Origin: a virus
IMG/VR virus record: IMGVR_UViG_3300035703_004050
Span: 1 to 64,000 of that record
Reading direction: 5' to 3' (one strand)
Length of the DNA: 64,000 bases
Shown here: in pieces, positions 10,221 to 19,595 of the stretch
Numbering within the stretch: position 1 is the stretch's first letter
How the letters are laid out: the number at the start of each line of letters is the position of its first letter
Notes under the pieces: model-generated
Database searches by the model: none
What the model was told of the DNA's origin: nothing
What the model saw: only the letters and a program-made list of their open reading frames with translations
Position numbers and translations under genes: made by a program

Positions 10221-10595
10221 GTGTCTGTAGTATTTGAGGTAAGTCCGCTTTTCCAAGAATCTGTTATCGTTATGAAGGCGAGACTTCCCAATATTATTGA
10301 TTTAATTAGGGATTTTCGTGATTTTAAATCCGCAAATCCGCTTGCCGCATACGGAAATAGCGATAAATCTTCTGCCCCAGATGGCAACTTTAATCAAGAA
10401 GTTCCTAAAATTCGTCATGCTCATTTAACACATGACGTAAGTATTTGGTACACTATTTCTGGAAAAAACCCAAATGTTATAAGACTTTACGGGGTATTTA
10501 GTCACGACCAATCCGGAACTGGTCAGCCCCCTGCCAGAAATGTTCAAAAAAAGCTTGCTAAAAAGATGGCAAAACAGACGTTTATTCGAGCGTAA
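10221..10595 (+). CDS. RelE/YafQ-like mRNA interferase
   Basis: RHAHLTHDVSIWY...RLYGVFSHD parallels YafQ ECHI.PD.LLIY...GSHS. Confidence 0.6.
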   Translation: MSVVFEVSPLFQESVIVMKARLPNIIDLIRDFRDFKSANPLAAYGNSDKSSAPDGNFNQEVPKIRHAHLTHDVSIWYTISGKNPNVIRLYGVFSHDQSGTGQPPARNVQKKLAKKMAKQTFIRA

Positions 10596-10635
10596 ATTAC
10601 AACTAAAAATTGTGCCAAAAAGATGCTTTTTTTGG

Positions 10636-10663
10636 TTGACACACCCAATATAGGCTGTATATT
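10636..10663 (+). promoter_or_regulatory. Sigma70-type early promoter
   Basis: TTGACA-N16-TATATT preceded by a T-tract. Confidence 0.55.
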
Positions 10664-10695
10664 AAGGATATAACAGCAAAGCAAGGAACTAGCAA

Positions 10696-10983
10696 ATGGC
10701 TTACGTAGTTTATGAAGTTGAGTCCACCCGCATTGCTACCCCCAAGCCGTACGGCAAGGAATACTACGCCACTGAAGGTGCCGCAAAGGCGGCTAAGACG
10801 CGCATGGAAAAGGGCAAGCGTTGGGCTGGTAAGCAGCTTGAGGTTGCAGAAATTACTGTTTATAAGACGCTTATTGAAAAGATGGTTGAGCGCACGAACC
10901 TCATGTCGGGCAAGAAGTATATGGAAAGCGTGAACACGCCCAACTATTGCAGCCCCGCTAGCGAAGCTTATTGGAGCATGTAA
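10696..10983 (+). CDS. Hypothetical early protein
   Basis: SD AAGGA; GC-richer codon usage; ends in NLMSGK.YMES.NTP.YCSPASEAYWSM. Confidence 0.8.
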   Translation: MAYVVYEVESTRIATPKPYGKEYYATEGAAKAAKTRMEKGKRWAGKQLEVAEITVYKTLIEKMVERTNLMSGKKYMESVNTPNYCSPASEAYWSM

Positions 10984-10992
10984 AAATACCAG

Positions 10993-11020
10993 TTGACACA
11001 CTCCTACAGTGTGCTAATAT
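10993..11020 (+). promoter_or_regulatory. Alphaproteobacterial sigma70-type early promoter
   Basis: TTGACA-N14-GCTAATAT, the same geometry as 47626 and 47861. Confidence 0.65.
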
Positions 11021-11050
11021 CCAACTATAACGAAACTAGGAGAACATTTA

Positions 11051-12076
11051 ATGCAGTACGTGACCATTAAGAACGGCAGCTACCGTAACGCCCCCGTTGT
11101 TGACACTGTGTTTCCGCTTATTAAGCCTTACCAAACTGGCGCTAAGGGCGGCTTTGTTACAGTTGATGCGCGTGATGTGATTGGGTTTGAGGGCTCGCCC
11201 GGTATTGTGCGTATTAAGGTTGAACCTGGTAACTATGAGGTTGTTGGAGAAAAGATGTCGTTGGAACCGATCCAGGTTGAAACTGCTCCGGTTGTTGAAG
11301 AGCCGGAAGAGCAGGTGATCGAGCGTATTGCTGAACGCTTTGCTATCCTTGAGGAGATGACCCGCGCTACCATTAACGGCGATGTCCGTGCGATGATTGT
11401 TGTGGGTCCGCCCGGCGTTGGTAAGTCGTTTGGTGTTGAAGCTGAGCTGCAAAAGAACGGTCTTATTGACCAGCTTGCGGGACGCCGTGCGCGTTACGAA
11501 GTTGTTAAGGGCGCAATGACCCCGATTGGTCTGTATGCCAAGCTGTATGAGTACAGTGAGGAAGGCAACGTTATTGTGTTTGACGACTGTGATAGCATCT
11601 TGCTTGATGACGTTTCCCTTAACGTGCTTAAGGCTGCACTCGACAGCTCCAAGAAGCGCACCATCCACTGGAACGCAGACAGCCGACTGCTCCGCAGTGA
11701 GGGCATTCCCAACAAGTTTGACTTTAAGGGTGCAGTGATCTTTATTACTAACATTAAGTTCGACAATGTGCGTAGTGCCAAGCTTAAGGATCACCTTGAG
11801 GCGCTTATGTCCCGTTGCCACTACTTGGATCTTACGATTGATACGGTGCGCGACAAGCTGCTCCGCATTAAGCAGATTGCACAGACGGGTACGCTGTTCC
11901 CTGCTTACGGTATGACCAACGAGCAGGAGCAGGAGATCCTGGACTTTATGTTCGATAATAAGGACAAGCTGCGTGAGATCTCGCTGCGTATGGCGATTAA
12001 GCTTGCAGACCTGCGGCGCATGAGTGCTAACCGTTGGCAGGCGATTGCAATGAACACCTGCATGAGAAGTCGGTAA
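11051..12076 (+). CDS. AAA+ ATPase
   Basis: Walker A GPPGVGKS, Walker B IVFDDCD, sensor FITN and ALMSR. Confidence 0.85.
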   Translation: MQYVTIKNGSYRNAPVVDTVFPLIKPYQTGAKGGFVTVDARDVIGFEGSPGIVRIKVEPGNYEVVGEKMSLEPIQVETAPVVEEPEEQVIERIAERFAILEEMTRATINGDVRAMIVVGPPGVGKSFGVEAELQKNGLIDQLAGRRARYEVVKGAMTPIGLYAKLYEYSEEGNVIVFDDCDSILLDDVSLNVLKAALDSSKKRTIHWNADSRLLRSEGIPNKFDFKGAVIFITNIKFDNVRSAKLKDHLEALMSRCHYLDLTIDTVRDKLLRIKQIAQTGTLFPAYGMTNEQEQEILDFMFDNKDKLREISLRMAIKLADLRRMSANRWQAIAMNTCMRSR

Positions 12077-12117
12077 AGTTTCCCCCTACCGTTTCTCCTA
12101 GGACGGTAGTAACTTGA

Positions 12118-12144
12118 GGGCAGTGGCAACACTGCCCTTTTTTT
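12118..12144 (+). terminator. Intrinsic terminator
   Basis: GGGCAGTG-gcaa-CACTGCCC followed by T7. Confidence 0.85.
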
Positions 12145-12182
12145 GTATTGCTATTACAAAATAGAAAGCATATATTAACAGC

Positions 12183-13331
12183 ATGGCATTGACATATCTT
12201 GAAGATTATATTGAATTCCTTTATGGCTCGTTGAATAAAAATGGAGAATCTGCCTCCGTTTTATACAAGCACCTAACATCAAACGATACGATTAAACTGG
12301 CTACATATGATCGTAGCCCAGTTACAAGTATGGGAAGTTTTTGTGCTAAAACAAGAATTCAAAAAGAGCAGGAATGCTTGACTGATCGCCAAGTTGATCT
12401 AGCAAACAAGATAGTCTACAAATACAAGAGACAATTGGCAACTATTGGAGTGACCTTACCTGATGAATCCGTTGGGTTGCCACTACGTCATGGTGTTAGG
12501 AAGATTGACCGTTCCAAATATTTGAACCATAACGTTGACGAAAAAACAGTCACGTTAAAGTTTCCATATGATCCCGCTAAGATTAGTTCCCTGCACAATT
12601 ATGTCCAAAACAGTGCAGGAAATGTTGAGTGGGATAACACCAAAAAGGAATGGAAGATGGACTTAACAGAGGGCAATCTTCTAAAAATCTTGGAGTTATT
12701 CAAAAGCGAAGATCTAAAGATCTCTGAAACTTTAGAACCGTATATTGTTGACTTGTATAGTGCAACACCACGCAACTTGCCTTCGCTCTACTTACGCGAT
12801 AATGCAATGCGTTTGGAAAACTGCCATAGCAGCGTTGAAGATTATCTAATTTCTAAAAATTGGAATCAAGATGATGTAAGCAACTTGTCTTATTGGGCAT
12901 CAATAGCAGCAGGTCTTGCACTGCGTATTGATGAATCTGTAAAAGAAGAGTTGTCTAAACACTATACTAATAGTGTAGTTGATATTATAACTCAAAGAAA
13001 AGTAACACTACCAAGCAACAATCAACCTGATGGCGCTTGGTACAATACTTTGCTTGAAGCAAACCGTGCTTTAAACAAGAATCCTTGGATACTGCATCTA
13101 AACTGGTGGACAAATAAAACAGATTGGTCACCGTTTAGTAATTTGATTCGTCCTCTTACAAAGGATAGAAATCAATTTAGGGTATCCAAAGAATTTGCCG
13201 ATCTTCTAACTAGCAATCAAAATGCAATTGTCATTGTTGATTCAGTAGTAGGCAGAGATGCTGTACGTAATTTTATTGAAAACAACTCGATAAAAATTGT
13301 ATATATAAGTGATATCGGGCATGATCAATGA
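12183..13331 (+). CDS. Hypothetical protein (helicase-associated)
   Basis: 382-aa ORF coupled to the helicase; F.YDP...WD...KEW segment is HARP-like. Confidence 0.7.
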   Translation: MALTYLEDYIEFLYGSLNKNGESASVLYKHLTSNDTIKLATYDRSPVTSMGSFCAKTRIQKEQECLTDRQVDLANKIVYKYKRQLATIGVTLPDESVGLPLRHGVRKIDRSKYLNHNVDEKTVTLKFPYDPAKISSLHNYVQNSAGNVEWDNTKKEWKMDLTEGNLLKILELFKSEDLKISETLEPYIVDLYSATPRNLPSLYLRDNAMRLENCHSSVEDYLISKNWNQDDVSNLSYWASIAAGLALRIDESVKEELSKHYTNSVVDIITQRKVTLPSNNQPDGAWYNTLLEANRALNKNPWILHLNWWTNKTDWSPFSNLIRPLTKDRNQFRVSKEFADLLTSNQNAIVIVDSVVGRDAVRNFIENNSIKIVYISDIGHDQ

Positions 13332-14794
13332 AAAAATGTAAACTAGTAATTAAGGATGAGGTAAATGTAAAGTTTGAAAATCTTGACCTTGAAATGCGTA
13401 AGCTATTAAGCAAGAAGTTCAAATATCAAATACCATATGCTAGGCATTTACCAGCAGTGAGACTAGGGCGTTGGGATGGGTGCGTAGCCTTCTTTCAATT
13501 AGGAGGCAGCACCTATCTTAATCTTTTGCCTGAAATATTTCCTATACTAGATCAAAAAGGATGGGAAATTGATTTAGAAGATTTGCGCCAAGAGAAGCCA
13601 GACTTCAACTTTGCAACAGTGACCGAAGATTCGTTTAGTCACATAAGTTGGCCTAAAGGACATCCACAAGCAGGGCAACCAATTGTTTTACGAGACTACC
13701 AAGTTGAAGTAATCAATGGGTTCTTATCTAACCCTGGATGCTTGCAAGAAGTTGCTACAGGCGCAGGCAAAACTATTATGACTGCTGCACTCAGTAGTCG
13801 TGTTGAACCATATGGTCGTAGCATTGTTATTGTTCCAAACAAAAGCTTAGTAACACAAACAGAAGCGGACTACATCAATTTAGGATTAGATGTGGGAGTG
13901 TTTTTTGGTGATAGAAAAGAGTGGAACAAGACACATACTATTTGCACATGGCAAAGTCTCAATAGCTTGTTTAAGAAATCACGCGATGGCGATATTGAAG
14001 ATCTAGCTACATTTGGTATTGAAAAGTTTGTCGATGGCGTAGTTGCAATCATTGTTGACGAAGTGCATATGGCTAAAGCTGATGCACTTAAGACACTTCT
14101 TACTGGCGTAATGTCTAACATACCGCTGCGTTGGGGATTAACTGGAACTGTACCCAAAGAAGATTTTGAGTTTATGTCTATCAAGTGCAGTTTGGGAGAT
14201 GTTGTTAATAGACTTGCTGCTAGCGAACTACAAGATAAAGGAGTACTAGCACAATGTCACGTACAAATCCTACAAACGCAAGAGACACAAGACTATAAGA
14301 ATTATCAAAGCGAAGTTGCATATCTAGTTACTGATTCAAAACGTTTGGATTGGATTGCAGATCAAATAAAGCTAATGCGTAAAACAGGTAACACACTTAT
14401 ATTGGTAGACCGTATTAATTGCGGACAGGAACTTATTTCAAGGATAGATGATGCAGTATTCGTATCTGGTAACACGAAGGCAAGCCAGCGTAAGGAGGAA
14501 TATGACGAGGTTGCTGAAGCTAGCGACAAAGTTATCGTTGCTACTTATGGGGTTGCTGCTGTTGGTATTAATATTCCCCGTATTTTTAATCTTGTTCTTG
14601 TTGAGCCTGGTAAGTCTTTTGTCCGTGTTATCCAATCAATTGGTCGTGGCATACGTAAAGCAGAAGATAAAGACTTTGTACAAATTTGGGACATCACAAG
14701 CAACTGTAAATTCTCAAAGCGACATCTTACCAAAAGAAAAACCTTCTACAATGAAGCAAATTACCCATACACAATACAAAAGGTAAATATTTAA
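13328..14794 (+). CDS. uvsW: SF2 DNA helicase, UvsW-like
   Basis: LRDYQ, ATGAGKT, VDEVH, GLTGT and QSIGRGIR motifs. Confidence 0.85.
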   Translation: MKKCKLVIKDEVNVKFENLDLEMRKLLSKKFKYQIPYARHLPAVRLGRWDGCVAFFQLGGSTYLNLLPEIFPILDQKGWEIDLEDLRQEKPDFNFATVTEDSFSHISWPKGHPQAGQPIVLRDYQVEVINGFLSNPGCLQEVATGAGKTIMTAALSSRVEPYGRSIVIVPNKSLVTQTEADYINLGLDVGVFFGDRKEWNKTHTICTWQSLNSLFKKSRDGDIEDLATFGIEKFVDGVVAIIVDEVHMAKADALKTLLTGVMSNIPLRWGLTGTVPKEDFEFMSIKCSLGDVVNRLAASELQDKGVLAQCHVQILQTQETQDYKNYQSEVAYLVTDSKRLDWIADQIKLMRKTGNTLILVDRINCGQELISRIDDAVFVSGNTKASQRKEEYDEVAEASDKVIVATYGVAAVGINIPRIFNLVLVEPGKSFVRVIQSIGRGIRKAEDKDFVQIWDITSNCKFSKRHLTKRKTFYNEANYPYTIQKVNI

Positions 14795-15999
14795 TCAAAC
14801 CCTAAATCAACTATTTCATTAGTTCTGTTAGGGAAATAATCTTCCATTACCCCTTCTCGATACAAGTCTAGGGTAATACAGTGTAGTCCACCATCCCAAA
14901 AATATCTGTGTCGCCACGGTACGATAATTGGTTCTATTTTGTGCTTCTTGAAAAAAGCAAACGCTGTTTCGTTGTAGTTGTTAACACAAACATGATGCTC
15001 GTCTAGCATCAATACGTTGACATCAAAAACCGATTCTTCACAAAACCCAACCCAATCATTTAACCATGTTTCTACAAATTGTATAAATTCATCGTTATTT
15101 TCTTCACCAGGTACCCACCATTTGCCATTTACTTTATTTTTAATTTTTATAAATCCTTCAATAAGGTCCCATGATTGATTTGGTAAGTAGCAAATATCCC
15201 AATTTGGAAATGTTTTTTCATACTGTTGAATTTCGTAAAGACTTAAAATTACTCCTGGTTTAAGAGTATGAAATGATCCATCATTGTGCCCACCAATATT
15301 TAAGGTATTAAATCTAATATCAGTGTGATTTTTTTTTAAATATTCAATAACTTGATTAGAAATATTTTGTTCTCTATAATCGATATACAAATCTTTTCCT
15401 ACCAAAGTAGTTGAAGGTGGTGATGGTAATGTTAAATTTTTAATTCGATTCTTGTATTCCTCTTTAATTTCTGGTTTAATTTTTTCAAAATAATTTGGTT
15501 TTAGATAATCTTCATAAGTTAACCAATCTTTTCCTGCATGTATGTTAAATTCTTTTTCGCTAATTTTTTTTGATAAATCTGCTGGCAAAGATTGATACAA
15601 ATCAAGATCTTCCTTGTTATAATTTTTAAAAATGTTTATAAATTCGCCGTTTGCGTCACTGCCGTTACAATACAATTTGTTTCCTAACACAAATTGCCAA
15701 TCTCTTGGTTGTAAAGGTGCTCGAGGAATGTTTTTTACTTTTCCCCTGTCGATAAAATTCATTATTGATAAATTTAAATCAATGTCTGGTCTTAATACGT
15801 TACATCCAAAATCTTTTAAAACTTTTTCATAGTACTCTAAATCCTCTAGAGTTTCCTCAGTAATTTTAGTTAATGCTGATCTAATTTTATCATTTTTAAT
15901 GTCATGGTAAAAGCTAACAGGATAGCAATTTCCTAACACAACAGTTTTTAAAGTGTGCCATTTGCACCAAACATTATATTGGTTTTTATCTTTTAGCAT
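14791..15999 (-). CDS. Amidinotransferase (pentein fold), paralog A
   Basis: PRD, GHNDGSF, FDVNVL and GGLHCITLD (catalytic His and Cys). Confidence 0.8.
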   Translation of the reverse strand: MLKDKNQYNVWCKWHTLKTVVLGNCYPVSFYHDIKNDKIRSALTKITEETLEDLEYYEKVLKDFGCNVLRPDIDLNLSIMNFIDRGKVKNIPRAPLQPRDWQFVLGNKLYCNGSDANGEFINIFKNYNKEDLDLYQSLPADLSKKISEKEFNIHAGKDWLTYEDYLKPNYFEKIKPEIKEEYKNRIKNLTLPSPPSTTLVGKDLYIDYREQNISNQVIEYLKKNHTDIRFNTLNIGGHNDGSFHTLKPGVILSLYEIQQYEKTFPNWDICYLPNQSWDLIEGFIKIKNKVNGKWWVPGEENNDEFIQFVETWLNDWVGFCEESVFDVNVLMLDEHHVCVNNYNETAFAFFKKHKIEPIIVPWRHRYFWDGGLHCITLDLYREGVMEDYFPNRTNEIVDLGFD

Positions 16000-16026
16000 C
16001 TTAGTTTTCTTAATATAAAATACATT

Positions 16027-17250
16027 TTAAATTTCAGTAATTGAATTAGTTCTATCAGGGAAATAATCTTCCATTACACCTTCTCGATATAATTCAAGAG
16101 TAATGCAATGCAATCCACCATCCCAAAAATATCTATGACGCCAAGGAACAATTATAGGTTCAATTTTGTGTTTCTTAAAGAAAGCAAAAGCAGTTTCATT
16201 GTAGTTGTTAACACAAACATTATATTTGTCTAACATCAAAACATTTACATCAAACACACTTTCTTCACAATACCCTACCCAGTCATTTAACCAAGTTTCT
16301 ACGAAATTAATAAATTGATCGTTATCTTCTTCACCAGGTACCCACCATTTGCCATTTACTTTTTTCTTCATTTTTAAGAAATCTGATACTGCATGAAAAG
16401 ATTGATTTTCCAAATAACATATTTCCCAATTTGGAAATGTTTTTTCATAATTTTTTACTTCTTCAATGCTAATAATTACTCCTGGTTTAAGAGTATGAAA
16501 ACAACCATCGTGATGTCCTTCAATTACTAGTCTATTAATTCTTAAATCTTGACAATATTCTTTGTAAGTTTCGCAGATAAAATTACAAGTTTTATTACTA
16601 CCGGTAGTATCTAAATATAAGTCTCTTCCAACTAATGTTGAGTTTCCAGCATCGTCGTAAGTATTAATCATAAATGATGTAATTTCATCAAGTATATTTT
16701 GTTCAATATTTTCAAAATTGTTGTTGTAATAATTTTCGTAAGTTGGCCAACTTGATCCTTTTAAAATCTCATATTGATTTTTGGTTAACTTAATTACTTT
16801 ATCAGTGATGTCTGGTTTGCGATTTTTAAAATTCTCAAAATTGATAATGTCTTTACTATTATATTGATATAATAATTTTGCAATTTCGCCGTTTGCGTCT
16901 AATCCTTGTAGATACAACTTGTTGCCAATAATAAATTGATAATCTCTAGGTTGTAATGGTGAACGAGGAATTCCTTGTCTAAAGCTATAGTATTCAGTGC
17001 TGTTAACATTAGCAAAATTTAGTATAGATAAGTTTTTATCTACGTGAGGTCTTAGTACAGTGCATCCAAAATCTTTTAAAACTTTTTCGTAGTACTCCAA
17101 ATCTTCTAATGTTTCCTCGGTAATTTTTGTTAATGCCGATCTAATTTTGTCATTTTTAATATCTTTGAAAAAATTTGGAGAATAACTATTTCCTAACACA
17201 ACAGTTTTTAGGGGGTCCCACATATTCCAAACATTATATTGGTTGTTCAT
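16027..17250 (-). CDS. Amidinotransferase (pentein fold), paralog B
   Basis: WDPLKTVVLG, PRD, HHDGCF and GGLHCITLE; N- and C-terminal parts nearly identical to paralog A. Confidence 0.8.
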   Translation of the reverse strand: MNNQYNVWNMWDPLKTVVLGNSYSPNFFKDIKNDKIRSALTKITEETLEDLEYYEKVLKDFGCTVLRPHVDKNLSILNFANVNSTEYYSFRQGIPRSPLQPRDYQFIIGNKLYLQGLDANGEIAKLLYQYNSKDIINFENFKNRKPDITDKVIKLTKNQYEILKGSSWPTYENYYNNNFENIEQNILDEITSFMINTYDDAGNSTLVGRDLYLDTTGSNKTCNFICETYKEYCQDLRINRLVIEGHHDGCFHTLKPGVIISIEEVKNYEKTFPNWEICYLENQSFHAVSDFLKMKKKVNGKWWVPGEEDNDQFINFVETWLNDWVGYCEESVFDVNVLMLDKYNVCVNNYNETAFAFFKKHKIEPIIVPWRHRYFWDGGLHCITLELYREGVMEDYFPDRTNSITEI

Positions 17251-17298
17251 ACTTTACCTTTATTGACTTATAGTAGTATATTACTTATACTGCAAAAT

Positions 17299-17634
17299 AT
17301 GGACATTTATCATATTTGGGCAAACAAAGAAGGTGATATCAGCGATATTGATTGGTATCATAATCTAAAATCGTTCCTAAATCATTTAGTTTCTGAGAAC
17401 AAAATGGTAAGCTATCGTATAACTAGATGTAAAATGGGATTTAGAAGTATACCCAATTTGCCAGAGTGGCATATTATGATGGAGTTTACTGATATGACGC
17501 AACTTGATGCAGCGTTTAAGCGTGTAGCACCATTAGAGGGCGAACTTGAAGCAAAGCACAAGTCGTTTAATCAGTTTGTTGCAGATGATATTCAACATGC
17601 ATTATACAGGGATTGGCCAGATGAGATACGCTAG
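17299..17634 (+). CDS. DUF6614-like dimeric alpha/beta-barrel protein
   Basis: YHIW...YRITRCKMGF...EWHIMMEF..M.QLDAAF...ALYRDWPD. Confidence 0.55.
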   Translation: MDIYHIWANKEGDISDIDWYHNLKSFLNHLVSENKMVSYRITRCKMGFRSIPNLPEWHIMMEFTDMTQLDAAFKRVAPLEGELEAKHKSFNQFVADDIQHALYRDWPDEIR

Positions 17635-18061
17635 AATTGATTTAACGAAAACAAATTATCAACGCCTAACTCCTCCAGCAACTAGATTTTTGCAAGGTCA
17701 TGTTAATGTTCAAAATATGAACACACTTTATAAAAAGTATTGCCAATATAAGAAATTTAAAAGTGTGATGCCAATTTTTGATAGCGAATACAGAGACGAG
17801 AAAAATCATATTCATGGATACTACGATCCAATTACTGATAAACTAATTGCTTTTAGTCTTATTCGCGTTTATGATACGTCTAATGTCGAAGCAATACAGT
17901 TTGCTTGGGATTATGAAAAACCTGAACTCATGTTGGGTATTGAAAGTCTAAAAAATGAGTGTGCTTTTTATAAGGAAGCAGGATTTAAATATTATTATCT
18001 GGGCGGCGCTGATGAATACAAAAAACAATTTGATGGGTTTGAAATATTAGGTCCAGCATGA
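17621..18061 (+). CDS. Aminoacyl-tRNA-protein transferase-like GNAT (ATE1/Bpt C-terminal domain)
   Basis: LIAFS...WDYE.PELMLGIESLKNEC...GFKYYYLG....YK parallels ATE_C LG..S.L.EI...G..YYYLG.....YK. Confidence 0.6.
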   Translation: MRYARIDLTKTNYQRLTPPATRFLQGHVNVQNMNTLYKKYCQYKKFKSVMPIFDSEYRDEKNHIHGYYDPITDKLIAFSLIRVYDTSNVEAIQFAWDYEKPELMLGIESLKNECAFYKEAGFKYYYLGGADEYKKQFDGFEILGPA

Positions 18062-18564
18062 TAGAACAACTAAAAGCAGATGTTGCTACTTGGATATTAG
18101 ATTGGGTAAGTGTGCATAATGATGCACTAGGAGTAACACCTTGTCCTTTTGCTAAACAAGCATTAATTAATAATAAAATTGATTTTACAATTGCTGGTAA
18201 TTTAGAAGTGTTGGTTAGCTTGCTTGAGATGATTGCTAAAACAGGACTAAAAAGCGAAGTACTAATTATAGGCATGCGTAAAGAAGCTATACATCATAGA
18301 GAGTTATCAAGTGTAGTGGAATTAGCCAATGTCAAACATTTAATGCCAGCAGGTTATGTTGCATTGGAAGACCACCCCGATGACGAAGAATTTGTTAACG
18401 GGGTCAAGATGAATCAAGGCACCTGGGCGTTAATTTTAATACAAGCTACAGAAAAACTAAATCAAGCATCGCTGGTCTTGCAAAAGCAAGGCTATTATGA
18501 CAACTGGACACAAGAAGAATATAACGATGTTGTCAGTTGGAGATTTAAGAAAGAAAAAGAATGA
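18058..18564 (+). CDS. DUF1415-like protein
   Basis: WI.DWV...PCPFAK and D-H-P motifs. Confidence 0.5.
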   Translation: MIEQLKADVATWILDWVSVHNDALGVTPCPFAKQALINNKIDFTIAGNLEVLVSLLEMIAKTGLKSEVLIIGMRKEAIHHRELSSVVELANVKHLMPAGYVALEDHPDDEEFVNGVKMNQGTWALILIQATEKLNQASLVLQKQGYYDNWTQEEYNDVVSWRFKKEKE

Positions 18565-19061
18565 AAATTTTAACTGCCGAAAATACTAGTTATGAAATGA
18601 ATGAGCTTCCAGAGTATGTAGAAGATCTTAGATTCTGTGTACTTGATAATAGTGATCCTAGAGATCCAGATTATTTTTTCATACCGCTAGTGTTTTTGGA
18701 AACATTTAATGATCCAGCACTAGTACTAAAAATAGGAAAACATACCATAAAGATGCCATATAACTGGCAACTATTGATTGGTGAACCTGACTATGGTGAT
18801 CTAGAAGTTATACCGCTTACACGGTTAAATGATAGAAACTTTAAAGCGTTTACATTTAATCCAATTACAAATGCGATTCCAAAATATGAAACGATACAGA
18901 TTTTAGATGTATATCAAGATGTAAAATGGTATTTTCCTAAATTAAAGATGGGTCAAATATTAGCTATACCTCTAGATGAAAGTCCTAACCCTCCTTGTGC
19001 ATATTTTGTAAAAGAGATTTCTAAACAAAGCGAAGTAGTGGATATTACAAAAGCATGGTAA
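18561..19061 (+). CDS. Phage protein, possibly a degenerate Hint-like beta fold
   Basis: 166-aa ORF coupled to both neighbours; fold is an inference. Confidence 0.6.
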   Translation: MKILTAENTSYEMNELPEYVEDLRFCVLDNSDPRDPDYFFIPLVFLETFNDPALVLKIGKHTIKMPYNWQLLIGEPDYGDLEVIPLTRLNDRNFKAFTFNPITNAIPKYETIQILDVYQDVKWYFPKLKMGQILAIPLDESPNPPCAYFVKEISKQSEVVDITKAW

Positions 19062-19555
19062 AAAAGAACGAAGATTCAATCAGTTTAGATAATGTACTTC
19101 CAGCAATTGATCGCAAAGATATTGATTGGTGGGAAACACTTACACCTGGACAACAGAAGAAGTTCCCAGCCTGGTTGTATATGCGTTATGCATCCAATGT
19201 AAAAGGTGATGTAGATTTAGCAAGATATTATATTCTTGCAGTAAATGAACGTGTAAACAAAAAGTTTAATGATGTTCGAAAGCACAGCAAATTACAATAC
19301 TTGTTAATGACAAGTGCTAGTCCAGGTATGGGCAAGCAATTTCATCAATATCTTGCTCCGCCTAAAGGAACTAGATCAAACAAAAAGCAACTTAAGATAT
19401 TAGAGCAATTGTTTCCAAACGCAAATGATCTAGAGTTAGATGTGTTAGCTGAAGTTAATACAACAAAAGATATAGAAGAACATTTGATTTCTCTTGGTTG
19501 GACTGACAAAGAAATCAAGAATGCGCTGTCCACAAAAGATACAGACGACGAATAA
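19055..19555 (+). CDS. Putative clamp-loader small subunit (T4 gp62-like)
   Basis: W.YMRYAS...VNE..N...KLQYLL...QFH.Y pattern; replication context. Confidence 0.45.
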   Translation: MVKKNEDSISLDNVLPAIDRKDIDWWETLTPGQQKKFPAWLYMRYASNVKGDVDLARYYILAVNERVNKKFNDVRKHSKLQYLLMTSASPGMGKQFHQYLAPPKGTRSNKKQLKILEQLFPNANDLELDVLAEVNTTKDIEEHLISLGWTDKEIKNALSTKDTDDE

Positions 19556-19595
19556 CTTTTTATGTAATATATAATTGTAGAGGATATCTACAATT

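Noticed and set aside
10603-11821. Long antisense ORFs (10603-11001, 11048-11821) and similar shadow ORFs (e.g. 23961-24395, 29127-29600, 55184-55818)
   Set aside because: They lie opposite well-supported genes, show no recognisable motifs and are explained by codon bias on the sense strand.
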